From sequence record NC_054906.1: DNA of 64,000 nt, one strand, 5' to 3'. The notes beneath the pieces are model-generated. The model had not been told where the DNA came from. It ran no database searches and saw nothing but the letters and a program-made list of their open reading frames with translations. Shown piece by piece: positions 18,703 to 27,361 of this stretch (the stretch's first letter is position 1; each line of letters starts with the position of its first letter). The DNA is from Enterobacteria phage RB18. The translations under genes and the position numbers were made by a program.

Positions 18703-19671
18703 TTATTTCAGAAGAGTAACCTCAGCGATTTCTTCCCAACCGTTTTTGTCGGTCATAATAAAGTCAGCAAGATAAAGCGCAGTACGCAGTGAAACATTGC
18801 GTAAACGATTAACATTGACTTTCATCCATGATAATGCTTTATAAGTTTCTTCATCAGAAAGACCGCGCTTTTGCATCATGTCAGTTGAAAGAATAACATC
18901 TTCAACCCTGACCATAATTTCTTCATTAGTGTGAACACCCAAATCCAAATAAACTGAGCGGGACACTAATGCTTGTAAATGTGGAGCAAGTTTAGTACCA
19001 CGGTCTAATTCGCGGTCAATGTCAACGTTTGTGATAAAAACAATCGTTCCTTTAAATTCAAACTCACGCTCAATGCCTTTTTCTTCTAAGTAAGAAGATG
19101 CAGTGCTCCAGCAGACTTTACGGGTCTCTCCAGTGTCCAGAGCAGCTTTCAAAAGATTAAGAATATCCATATCAGAGAAAACATCCACATCATCAATCAA
19201 AAGGACAGAATTCTCTTCACGATTATTCCAGAGCTGTTCATAAAGACCGATACCAGAGATTTTACCGTTAATGCTTTTATATTCAATGTATCCAATATCA
19301 TTTGCTTTATTTAAAGCTTTATCCAAAGAATACGTTTTACCAATACCTGCCGCACCAGAGATAATTAATGAACGAATGTTTCCGTTAATAATACCATTCG
19401 TCATCATTCCCATAACATTAAATCTTTTATTAATGCGGGTTTTCATATCTTCATATGATTCTTTAACTTCTTCAACTTTTACACCATCATATGAAATGTC
19501 TGATTTGTAAACCCAAACACCGCGACGTTTACCGTCAATTTCAACAAAAACTTTACCATCTCCTTGCGCATCTACTGGAGCATTATCAGGGAACCACTCA
19601 CCTAAGAGTTCAAAAGTTCCAGAGATTTCTTTGCCAAAGTAGATACCCTTATTGATAGTTACAGTTTTCAT
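18703..19671 (-). CDS. P-loop ATPase (AAA-like) with N-terminal extra domain
   Basis: 322 aa from ATG 19671 (RBS GGAGAATAAA); Walker A GAAGIGKT, Walker B VLLIDDVD; own early promoter and upstream terminator. Confidence 0.6.
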   Translation of the reverse strand: MKTVTINKGIYFGKEISGTFELLGEWFPDNAPVDAQGDGKVFVEIDGKRRGVWVYKSDISYDGVKVEEVKESYEDMKTRINKRFNVMGMMTNGIINGNIRSLIISGAAGIGKTYSLDKALNKANDIGYIEYKSINGKISGIGLYEQLWNNREENSVLLIDDVDVFSDMDILNLLKAALDTGETRKVCWSTASSYLEEKGIEREFEFKGTIVFITNVDIDRELDRGTKLAPHLQALVSRSVYLDLGVHTNEEIMVRVEDVILSTDMMQKRGLSDEETYKALSWMKVNVNRLRNVSLRTALYLADFIMTDKNGWEEIAEVTLLK

Positions 19672-19705
19672 TTTATTCTCCAAATCCGCATCAGTTGATA
19701 GTTGT

Positions 19706-19735
19706 ATAGTACCATAAAGCTTTATGCTTGTAAAC
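19706..19735 (-). promoter_or_regulatory. Early promoter with conserved leader (drives the ATPase gene)
   Basis: GTTTAC (19730-19735), 18-nt spacer, TGGTACTAT; same leader as at 18250. Confidence 0.55.
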
Positions 19736-19757
19736 AACTTTGTGAAAAATTTTTGAA

Positions 19758-19783
19758 ATAAAAAAGGGAGCCCGAAGGCTCCC
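19758..19783 (-). terminator. Strong intrinsic terminator after the nucleotidyltransferase gene
   Basis: GGGAGCC-UUCG-GGCUCCC followed by UUUUUU. Confidence 0.7.
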
Positions 19784-19785
19784 TA

Positions 19786-20799
19786 TCATTTATAATAACT
19801 TCGGTGGTTTTCAAGATAGACCTTCTCAAGGAAGTCATCCCAGAAACTCATGTCTACTTTTTGCTGCATACCGTTCTTAGAAGCTTCAGTAGATGCTGCT
19901 TCTACTTGATCAACCACATCTTCCAAAAACTCTTGAACCGTTTTAAATGGATGTTTACCCAACTTCACGTCGAGAATAAATGGAGCATCTTGAAGTGGAT
20001 AAACCAAGTCGCCAGTTTTGTAAATTTCCAATAGTTGGAGTCCACCACGACAAGCATGGCTCAGAGCTTTCCAGTCAATACCTTCATTGGCTTCAGCCTT
20101 ACGAGCACGTTCACCATATTCAGCATCTAATTTGTTCAGTGACTGCTTAAGCTCAATAAGAGAAAGCGTTGTCTGATATTTACGACCCAATACAGTGTAG
20201 AACGTTTGTGGACCTGTTTTCTCATGATTATGGAACACCCATTCACAGAATTCGTTTTCTGGAAGACGATGCTTAATATCTTCAACTTTAGTGCGACGCT
20301 GCTTAATAGAACCATCTTCTTGGTAATCAACCCATTGCTCAGGGATTTGATTAACTACTTTCAATACATCGCGTAATGCAGCCAAACGAGAACCCTTGAC
20401 ACCATATTTAGAAGCTTGCTTGCGAACATATCCTAAATAGGATTTCATGTTAGTCGTATAAAAACGAGAACGGTTGTCTTGAATAAACTTCCACACATCA
20501 GGCAAATCAGATTTAACCACTAGTTCAGGTGGAGTGTGAAGCATATCCAATGCTACAGTTTCACCATCTGCTGCTAATTTAAAGAAATATTTAAGACTGT
20601 ATAGTTCATGGTCAATATCATCTTTAGTGTTTTTAGATGATGTGTTGTTAGTGTTTTTACTCATGTGCTCTTTGACATTTCCGATAAGAATATCACGAGC
20701 AGGAGGAACAAAAATTTCTTTAAAATCTACATCAGATTCTGGGGTAGAAGTTCCATAAAGATGACTACCAAAATAGCTTTTCATTACTGTTTTCATCAT
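19786..20799 (-). CDS. Pol-beta-superfamily nucleotidyltransferase domain protein
   Basis: 337 aa; motif FGSHLYGTSTPESDVDF (GS-x9-DxD) plus a downstream acidic ALDMLH; helical C-terminal half. Confidence 0.6.
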   Translation of the reverse strand: MMKTVMKSYFGSHLYGTSTPESDVDFKEIFVPPARDILIGNVKEHMSKNTNNTSSKNTKDDIDHELYSLKYFFKLAADGETVALDMLHTPPELVVKSDLPDVWKFIQDNRSRFYTTNMKSYLGYVRKQASKYGVKGSRLAALRDVLKVVNQIPEQWVDYQEDGSIKQRRTKVEDIKHRLPENEFCEWVFHNHEKTGPQTFYTVLGRKYQTTLSLIELKQSLNKLDAEYGERARKAEANEGIDWKALSHACRGGLQLLEIYKTGDLVYPLQDAPFILDVKLGKHPFKTVQEFLEDVVDQVEAASTEASKNGMQQKVDMSFWDDFLEKVYLENHRSYYK

Positions 20800-21257
20800 T
20801 CAGCCTTATATTCAATAACAGGACATACTTTAGCTTTACGAGCTTTTAAAAATTCAACGATAATCGATTTCTTGGGTTGAATAGGAGGTAAACCTTTATA
20901 CGCCCTATCAATATTTTCTATGTGTAAAGCATAATCCTTTTTCCATTTATAATCTTTATATTTTTCATGCAAATGTGCAGGAATAACAAATGAACCGATA
21001 ATAAGTAAAACAACCAAAAGCGCAAGTATAAATGCTGATGGAAGAAGAGTCCATAAACTACCGAAAATAAGCCAACGTTGTAGGCTTTCTGCACAAATAA
21101 TTGTTAGCCCTACGAGTATAGCACATCCAAAAATAGAAACGAAAAATGTAGGAATGGCAATAGACCAAAAATATGCGCATAGTGTCTTAGGTCGTTGCCA
21201 TTCATCGTTAAACAATTTGAATAATTTATAGTGCCAAGAGTTTTCATTAATAATCAT
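20796..21257 (-). CDS. Membrane protein
   Basis: 153 aa with about three hydrophobic segments; stop overlaps the nucleotidyltransferase start by 4 nt. Confidence 0.5.
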   Translation of the reverse strand: MIINENSWHYKLFKLFNDEWQRPKTLCAYFWSIAIPTFFVSIFGCAILVGLTIICAESLQRWLIFGSLWTLLPSAFILALLVVLLIIGSFVIPAHLHEKYKDYKWKKDYALHIENIDRAYKGLPPIQPKKSIIVEFLKARKAKVCPVIEYKAE

Positions 21258-21259
21258 AA

Positions 21260-21781
21260 TTATCCTTTCATTGAAGGCGTAACAGTTGTTAAATACTTAA
21301 TCATAGCTTCAGCTTCTGATTTTGATAATGAAATTTCTCCATTGTTTTGACGAATAGAAATAAAATCCGGATGACGGTCACCACCAGCTTTTAAAACACA
21401 CATATAAGTATCAACTTCATCTTCAATATTTGAAATGATTGAAGCAGTTCCACATGAATGCGGTTTTTGATAAATCAATGCAGCTTTTCTTCCGCCATTT
21501 GACTGTTCATAAACTTTTAATACATCAAACAAATCACTTCTTTTATCAATAGCTAAAATGTTATTTTCATCTTCAATGTTAAATCCTTCGGATACTTCAT
21601 AAAGTGTCACCCATAAATCGCCAATATCAATAACAGCGTTCACTTTTCCATGACTTTCAAGAGCATGACAAATTTTCTTGATTTCGTCATAACTCATTTT
21701 AATAATATCATCTCCTTGAATAAGAAAGATGTCATTTTTAAATTCAACACGAATTAAACCACTTCCACTTGAAATAAACAT
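21260..21781 (-). CDS. Hypothetical protein, tandem paralogue 1
   Basis: 173 aa; C-terminus EAEAMIKYLTTVTPSMKG resembles the neighbour. Confidence 0.5.
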   Translation of the reverse strand: MFISSGSGLIRVEFKNDIFLIQGDDIIKMSYDEIKKICHALESHGKVNAVIDIGDLWVTLYEVSEGFNIEDENNILAIDKRSDLFDVLKVYEQSNGGRKAALIYQKPHSCGTASIISNIEDEVDTYMCVLKAGGDRHPDFISIRQNNGEISLSKSEAEAMIKYLTTVTPSMKG

Positions 21782-21787
21782 ATTTCC

Positions 21788-22342
21788 TCACTTTGAAATC
21801 ATAGTTGGAATGACAGAATCAAGATAAGTCTTTAGCGCAATAGCTTCGTCTTTGGTAAATGTGACAATATGTGCTCGAGAATCATCATTTTGGCGAACAA
21901 GTACGACATCGCCATCTTCATAAGAAGTCTTGACATCCAAAGTCGTAGTATAGTTTGCAGCTACTGGATTAATAATGTTAGCACCGCGATCTTTAGCCCA
22001 TTGAAGTTTAGCCTTTTCGGGTGTTTCGGCTGTTTCAGATTCTAAGAATTCTTTCACCTTGGCAACGAATGTTGCCCAATTGTTGATAGAAAGACACATA
22101 AATTCAGTTTCAATATTACCGCCGTAAAGGCCACGATAAAAACGAACTTGGAGGTCACCTGTAATATTAGTTACACCGGTAACTCCTGAGGGAGCATAAG
22201 ATAAAATCGCAGCCAGTTCCATAGGAAGAATAGTAATACTATCGTCTTCCTGCGTCAGAACGTATACATTACCGCGTTTTTCGATAACTAGGTCACCGAA
22301 CAAATCAGTTGTTTCAATTACAGCTTTCATATTATTTACCAA
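21788..22342 (-). CDS. Hypothetical protein, tandem paralogue 2
   Basis: 184 aa; C-terminus KDEAIALKTYLDSVIPTMISK. Confidence 0.5.
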   Translation of the reverse strand: MVNNMKAVIETTDLFGDLVIEKRGNVYVLTQEDDSITILPMELAAILSYAPSGVTGVTNITGDLQVRFYRGLYGGNIETEFMCLSINNWATFVAKVKEFLESETAETPEKAKLQWAKDRGANIINPVAANYTTTLDVKTSYEDGDVVLVRQNDDSRAHIVTFTKDEAIALKTYLDSVIPTMISK

Positions 22343-22517
22343 TTAAAGTTTCAATATAAGAATCAAGATTTACTTTAGCTTCTTCCATAAGAGTTTTGTA
22401 TTTAATCTTGTTAGCATGTCCGGAGAAAGCTGATTCATCAATAATTGTTGATGTATGAACAGCTTTACTATACGTCTCAATTAATTCTCTTAATTTAAAA
22501 GCCTGCTCACTTGTCAT
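22332..22517 (-). CDS. Hypothetical small protein
   Basis: 61-aa ORF. Confidence 0.4.
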   Translation of the reverse strand: MTSEQAFKLRELIETYSKAVHTSTIIDESAFSGHANKIKYKTLMEEAKVNLDSYIETLIGK

Positions 22518-22621
22518 TACATACTCCTCTGAATCATATCAATAATGTTGTTTACCAAATTATAAGTAAACATTGGGTAATTATATTGAATCATCACATA
22601 CACAACAAACAAAACTTTCAT
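22517..22621 (-). CDS. Small ORF, about 34 aa (not in the track)
   Basis: Strong RBS AAGGAGAAGAGA then ATG; stop overlaps the downstream ATG (TAATG); sits just downstream of an early-type promoter. Confidence 0.3.
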   Translation of the reverse strand: MKVLFVVYVMIQYNYPMFTYNLVNNIIDMIQRSM

Positions 22622-22649
22622 TCTCTTCTCCTTGGCAGTCGACAAGATT

Positions 22650-22679
22650 ACTATACCATAACCTTGCCAACTTGTAAAC
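22650..22679 (-). promoter_or_regulatory. Early promoter
   Basis: GTTTAC (22674-22679), 18-nt spacer, TGGTATAGT. Confidence 0.5.
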
Positions 22680-22681
22680 CA

Positions 22682-22837
22682 TTAAATGACGTTTTCGATA
22701 AAATTCTGAAGCTTTGTATGAGCATCAACCATGATTTTCAATTCTTCTTTAGCGAAAGCCGTACCTCTTTCCCGAGCAGAATACTCATAGTCAGAAACTG
22801 CATTAGCATATTCTTCAATTAGCTTCATTAAAAACAT
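22682..22837 (-). CDS. Small ORF, about 51 aa (not in the track)
   Basis: Hand-translated MFLMKLIEEYANAVSDYEYSAREKG...; occupies the gap between annotated ORFs. Confidence 0.3.
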   Translation of the reverse strand: MFLMKLIEEYANAVSDYEYSARERGTAFAKEELKIMVDAHTKLQNFIENVI

Positions 22838-22844
22838 CTGCTTT

Positions 22845-23039
22845 TCAGTTTTCATTATTCCACCTAATCATTTCAAGATATTGAACTAACTTAGCTTTGG
22901 ATTTATCCAAATCTCTTTTAGCTGCTTCTATACCGTCGTATGAATATCCTTCACAATGCTCAACTGCTAATTGGTATGAATCTATTTCAATATCACGTGC
23001 TAATTTAATGATTTTTTCAAACTGTTCACGTGTTAGCAT
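22845..23039 (-). CDS. Hypothetical small protein
   Basis: 64-aa ORF. Confidence 0.4.
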   Translation of the reverse strand: MLTREQFEKIIKLARDIEIDSYQLAVEHCEGYSYDGIEAAKRDLDKSKAKLVQYLEMIRWNNEN

Positions 23040-23041
23040 AC

Positions 23042-23281
23042 TTAAACTCTCGTATTATGATCGATAATTTCATCAAGAAACATATCTAACGCTTCTAAAG
23101 CATTATCAACTTTAGCTTCAAGTTCATCAATGCCTTTATTTGCAATGCCTGACGAAAACCAAGCAAAGTCACTAAGTTCCTCGTCTGCTTTACGAATTAA
23201 AGCTACCAATTCTTTAATCTTATCCGCTTGTTCGATACTAATCATTATTCCACCACATATGAAAGAGAGAATATTGCACAC
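23042..23281 (-). CDS. Hypothetical small protein
   Basis: 79-aa ORF. Confidence 0.4.
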
Positions 23282-23433
23282 GCCATGTGAGTTGCAACTT
23301 CATCACACATATTATAACGTTTCTTAAGAAGTTCTACAAGTTCTTCACTAGTAACTTCATCCATGTCGACGAAAAAATCACCATTAATGATGACGTAGAT
23401 ATTTCCTTCTTGATTGAGTGCTTCAATTTTCAT
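23245..23433 (-). CDS. Hypothetical small protein (start at internal ATG 23433)
   Basis: 62 aa, [21 protein letters not shown]...; RBS GAGGAG; just downstream of an early-type promoter. Confidence 0.4.
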
Positions 23434-23451
23434 GATGTTCTCCTCTTTATC

Positions 23452-23481
23452 CGATAGTTGTATAGTACCACAGCTCAAACG
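23452..23481 (-). promoter_or_regulatory. Early promoter with conserved leader
   Basis: GTTTAC (23476-23481), 18-nt spacer, TGGTACTAT, leader CAACTATCGGATAAAGAGGAG. Confidence 0.5.
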
Positions 23482-23489
23482 GAAAGTAA

Positions 23490-23513
23490 ACCGGTAAAAT
23501 GAAAAAAGTCTCC
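23490..23513 (-). terminator. Strong intrinsic terminator after the rI operon
   Basis: GUCUCC-UUCG-GGAGAC followed by UUUUUUC. Confidence 0.7.
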
Positions 23514-23528
23514 CGAAGGAGACTAATG

Positions 23529-23915
23529 TTATTCGAGGGAAAGAAGATATTTACTCTGGTAAAACATTCCAGTAATATCATCTATCGTGCTTTGGATGGC
23601 TGGAGGCATTTCTTTATAAATGCTGTTAGATTGGTCTAGTATGCGATCAATCATTTTAATTGTGTCGGTAGGAAGTTTACTGGCATCTGGAATTGAAGGT
23701 GTGTATTTTCTACCAGAATACCCCAAATATTGCTCACCAAATTTATCAATCAAATCTGGCAACTCGGAGAAAATAAAATCGTATGCTTTGTGTCTAGCAT
23801 AACTTTTAGTTTCAAAATGTGCAGAATGAAAATAAGCTTGTGCAGCCATTAATAAACCTAAGTATTCATCTGCCTTTGAAGGTTTTCCACTTTGTGAAAA
23901 GTCGCTGAATTTCAT
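23529..23915 (-). CDS. Hypothetical protein (rI.-1-like position)
   Basis: 128-aa ORF immediately downstream of rI, followed by a strong terminator. Confidence 0.5.
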
Positions 23916-24205
23916 TCAGTCTCCAATTTAATGTTCATAATTCTAGCGTATGATTGTGCCATCTCCGCGCCTCGTTCTATACATTCAAAATCAGAAGAGC
24001 ACGGGTCATTTTTATAGGTCGTTCTCATAAAACTATAGAATTGTTCAGACGATTCTACGCTTTTATTTTCAAAAAGCATATAAACGTGCCTAATACCAGA
24101 TTCCATAAATTTATCAAAATGAGGATCGACATTCGCTTCAATCGATGGAGATAAAACAAATGACAATCCTAGCATGGCAAAAAGTGCCGTTGCTTTTAAG
24201 GCCAT
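23912..24205 (-). CDS. rI: Lysis-inhibition regulator rI (signal-anchor membrane protein)
   Basis: 97 aa, MALKATALFAMLGLSFVLSPSIEA...; hydrophobic N-terminal anchor; matches my recollection of T4 rI in sequence and position. Confidence 0.7.
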   Translation of the reverse strand: MALKATALFAMLGLSFVLSPSIEANVDPHFDKFMESGIRHVYMLFENKSVESSEQFYSFMRTTYKNDPCSSDFECIERGAEMAQSYARIMNIKLETE

Positions 24206-24217
24206 AAAGGCCTCCTA

Positions 24218-24430
24218 TCATTTTTGTCCTGTATTTACTTTATGCCGATGCACGGCCTTAACTTTATCAAGGTATTTTTCAAAATTTCGCAATCTAGTAT
24301 AGTCTGCCGGAGATTGGTTGAGTGATACTTCTCGACGCAAAGCTGAAATGATATTTCCAACTTCCCTACGAATTTCATCTAATTGAAGAACAGTAAGATT
24401 GCGAAGTTGCTTTTCAGTTAATTGTAGCAT
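24218..24430 (-). CDS. Hypothetical small protein (rI.1 position)
   Basis: 70-aa ORF between tk and rI. Confidence 0.45.
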
Positions 24431-24472
24431 ATATACCCCTTTAGTTAGATAAACCTATTTATAACTTTTGCA

Positions 24473-25054
24473 CTAACCGAGCTTTTTAGTTAATTCATTC
24501 CAATGTTTTCTACACAAAGAAACATAAATTTCATCACCAATACAGATTTGATTACCTTCTTTAACTGGTGTTCCATCTTCCATTAATCGAGCTGTCATAA
24601 TCGCTTTTTTACCACAATGACAAACTGCCTTTAGTTCAATAAGTTTATCTGCAATCGCTAAAAGTTCTTTAGAACCTTCAAACAATTTTCCAGCGAAATC
24701 AGTCCTTAATCCATAAGCCATAACAGGAACATTATATGTATCAACAATTCGGCTCAATTGATGTACTTGTTCAGTTTTTAAAAATTGGGCTTCATCTACA
24801 AATACGCAATGAATATCTTTTTGTGCTTCAGCCCATTTATAGAACTCGAAAATATCCATATCATCTGTAATAATATTCGCTTCCTGTTTAATTCCAATGC
24901 GAGAAACAACTTCACAGACAGAATCGCGAGTATCAATAGCAGGCTTAAGAACTAATACACTCATTCCGCGTTCTTTATAATTATGTGCAGCAGTTAAAAG
25001 AGAAGCAGATTTTCCAGCATTCATTGCTGCATAAGTAAAAATTAAACTCGCCAT
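24473..25054 (-). CDS. tk: Thymidine kinase
   Basis: 193 aa; P-loop NAGKSASLL and C-terminal zinc ribbon CHCGKKA...C. Confidence 0.9.
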   Translation of the reverse strand: MASLIFTYAAMNAGKSASLLTAAHNYKERGMSVLVLKPAIDTRDSVCEVVSRIGIKQEANIITDDMDIFEFYKWAEAQKDIHCVFVDEAQFLKTEQVHQLSRIVDTYNVPVMAYGLRTDFAGKLFEGSKELLAIADKLIELKAVCHCGKKAIMTARLMEDGTPVKEGNQICIGDEIYVSLCRKHWNELTKKLG

Positions 25055-25055
25055 T

Positions 25056-25244
25056 TTAGTCCTTAGTTAAATTTTCTAAATATGTTTCTAAATCATTTTC
25101 AGCTTTATCGATAGATTTTACTAATTCGTAATATGTTTCGGCATCTCCATAATCAGAAGATAATTCAAAAGACAAATCCTTTTCTAAACTAATAATTTCA
25201 CCAACTAAAAATAATATTTCGTTCTTTTGTTCGCGAGTAATCAT
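25056..25244 (-). CDS. Hypothetical small acidic protein
   Basis: 62-aa ORF. Confidence 0.4.
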   Translation of the reverse strand: MITREQKNEILFLVGEIISLEKDLSFELSSDYGDAETYYELVKSIDKAENDLETYLENLTKD

Positions 25245-25426
25245 AAAGAATTTATATAATCAATGAGTTCTTGTTCTTTATTATCGAATTCTTTAGAAAG
25301 TTCTTCGTACTCGTTTGCACTAAAAGGACCGCATTCATTACAAACTTTTTCCAATTCGCTATTTTTATCCATAACTTCGTGGATAAGAGAAAAGAGTTTG
25401 TCTTTTTGTTCTTTGCTTAGGCTCAT
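25241..25426 (-). CDS. Hypothetical small acidic protein
   Basis: 61-aa ORF; similar composition to its neighbour. Confidence 0.4.
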   Translation of the reverse strand: MSLSKEQKDKLFSLIHEVMDKNSELEKVCNECGPFSANEYEELSKEFDNKEQELIDYINSL

Positions 25427-25596
25427 ATATTAATTTCCAGAAGTTTTAAAATAATTCGCTTTTGCTTAAATATTTCCATAGTTAAATGATCAGTATCTTT
25501 TTGACCAATTCCAATGGCAAAACCTTTATTAGCAGCGAGTTCAATTAAATTATCAAGTTCACGTAACACTTCGTACTGTAACTCATAACTATTCAT
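25423..25596 (-). CDS. Small ORF, 57 aa (not in the track)
   Basis: Hand-translated MNSYELQYEVLRELDNLIELAANKG...; both ends overlap neighbours by ATGA. Confidence 0.35.
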   Translation of the reverse strand: MNSYELQYEVLRELDNLIELAANKGFAIGIGQKDTDHLTMEIFKQKRIILKLLEINI

Positions 25597-25805
25597 TTCG
25601 GTTTACCTTCTTTAACGAAATCTGGATAAGGATAAAATCCCGAATAAAATCCTTCACCTTTATGATTGATGCATCCTTTATTAGAACAATAGCACCAATA
25701 ATCGAAATCACAAGCCATTTCATCGTTGCATAAAGCAAAAACAACCGGCCATTTACACTTTTCACAGTGGGCATTTTTAAGAATACTAGTTTGGCTCATA
25801 ACCAT
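25593..25805 (-). CDS. Cysteine-rich small protein (putative zinc binding)
   Basis: 70 aa with CEKC...C...C...CYC...C. Confidence 0.45.
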   Translation of the reverse strand: MVMSQTSILKNAHCEKCKWPVVFALCNDEMACDFDYWCYCSNKGCINHKGEGFYSGFYPYPDFVKEGKPK

Positions 25806-26023
25806 GTCACCTTTAAGCAGTATTCTTCTACATGCTGTTTACGACCTTTCTTATCAATAAAGGTATATTCAACGAATGTTCCAATGTAGTCTTTATCTAC
25901 ATCATGTGGACTATTAATTGGACATTTAGTACGGCAAATGCGTTCCCATTGACGAATAATTACTGCCTTATTCTTTGGGTCATACGGATGTGGATAATGT
26001 ATATTCATAATAACGGTTCCCAA
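25796..26023 (-). CDS. Hypothetical small protein
   Basis: 75-aa ORF. Confidence 0.45.
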   Translation of the reverse strand: MGTVIMNIHYPHPYDPKNKAVIIRQWERICRTKCPINSPHDVDKDYIGTFVEYTFIDKKGRKQHVEEYCLKVTWL

Positions 26024-26472
26024 TCAACAATCACAATTTCTAATTTAGAGGAATATGTATCTAAAATCCCCTCAATAATATCCCAGTTCCCTTTACCTAT
26101 GCCTGCACCAATCCTAGGCATATAGATTGTAGGTTTAATCAGTTTATTTTCACCAAACTCATTTAATTCTAACATACAATTCATTAAAGCGGAATACTCA
26201 AAATTTGGCCCTGGTTGAAATTGAGTATAAAGGTTGAAGCAATACGCTTTATGAGTCCTAAAGTATTTTTCATAGACTGAGTAAGAACCGAGTTTAGTTA
26301 CATCACCCCATTCAGTCTGTAATTTATCAGCTTCCAAAATTTTAGGGAAAGCTTTGGTTAATTGACCCGCTACGCCTGAACCCATAGTATGAAAACAATT
26401 GCATCCATGCGCAATATTTTTACCTTCAGCGAAAAGGGCGACAATATCGCCCTTGATATATTTTACAATCAT
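26005..26472 (-). CDS. Macrodomain protein (TARG1/DarG-like family)
   Basis: 155 aa; KGDIVALFAEGKNIAHGCNCFHTMGSGVAGQL and MPRIGAGIGKGNWD resemble, from memory, the TARG1/DarG-type macrodomain signature. Confidence 0.6.
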   Translation of the reverse strand: MIVKYIKGDIVALFAEGKNIAHGCNCFHTMGSGVAGQLTKAFPKILEADKLQTEWGDVTKLGSYSVYEKYFRTHKAYCFNLYTQFQPGPNFEYSALMNCMLELNEFGENKLIKPTIYMPRIGAGIGKGNWDIIEGILDTYSSKLEIVIVDWEPLL

Positions 26473-26816
26473 CTAGTACTCAATCCTCGATTATAAGAAT
26501 CTACCAAACGGTCAACCATTGAATGACAAGCGGCTTTATCTTTCTCCTCCGCAACTGAACATTCTAAGGTATTCCACTTTTTAGCATATCGTTTTAATAA
26601 TGTATCGTTTTTGTATCTACTTGATTTATCTCTTTCTCCGTCTTTATATGCATATATTAATTTCTGTGCAAATTCAGCTTGACATGCTTTATTTTTCCCA
26701 CAATAATCTGCCGCAGTGCGGTTTACATATTCTCTAATTTCAGTATATGATGTATCTGCTGATGCAGAAGCAGAAAATGAAATTAATCCTATACATAAAA
26801 CCAAAATTTTAGTCAT
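26469..26816 (-). CDS. Secreted small protein with signal peptide
   Basis: 115 aa; N-terminus MTKILVLCIGLISFSASASA; four Cys in the mature part. Confidence 0.5.
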   Translation of the reverse strand: MTKILVLCIGLISFSASASADTSYTEIREYVNRTAADYCGKNKACQAEFAQKLIYAYKDGERDKSSRYKNDTLLKRYAKKWNTLECSVAEEKDKAACHSMVDRLVDSYNRGLSTR

Positions 26817-27354
26817 TTACTATTTCCAAAAGTTTATTATTTTTAAGGTAATTAGCCTTTTCTAGGACTTCAGAAGCATATTTAGAACCAGCTTTAACAT
26901 TCCATCCCGAATTATAAGAGGATATTGCTTTTCTTATATCGCCCTTATGTATATTTAACCAATAAGAAAGTTCAATGTACGCCCAGGAAGCTGAATTGGA
27001 TCGTTTATTCAACATTCTTTTTATTTCAGCATCGGTCATATTATAACCAAGTTCCTTAACTCTTGCTCGCATAGTAGGCAAATAATTTTGGAACATTCCG
27101 TAGGCGTGATGCTTTGGTTTAGATTTTAAATTAACTCCGCCAGAGCTTTCTTGCCATAAAATAGCAGCCATTATATGACCTAATCCGCTCTTGTGGATAT
27201 TTTTGTGTGTTTTATATTTTCCATCCTTAGAAAATTGTTCCCCGAATTGATACGCGTAACGCATGTTATCGAGTTGGACATTACTGAAAGTATGCTCGGA
27301 GCTATGTGCCATCATTGAAATGGCCAATAGACCAGCGAGTAGTGCTTTTCTCAT
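26809..27354 (-). CDS. Secreted lytic-transglycosylase-like protein
   Basis: 181 aa; signal peptide MRKALLAGLLAISMMAHS; motif ILWQESSGG...AYGMFQ resembles family-1 lytic transglycosylases. Confidence 0.55.
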   Translation of the reverse strand: MRKALLAGLLAISMMAHSSEHTFSNVQLDNMRYAYQFGEQFSKDGKYKTHKNIHKSGLGHIMAAILWQESSGGVNLKSKPKHHAYGMFQNYLPTMRARVKELGYNMTDAEIKRMLNKRSNSASWAYIELSYWLNIHKGDIRKAISSYNSGWNVKAGSKYASEVLEKANYLKNNKLLEIVND

Positions 27355-27361
27355 GCTTACC

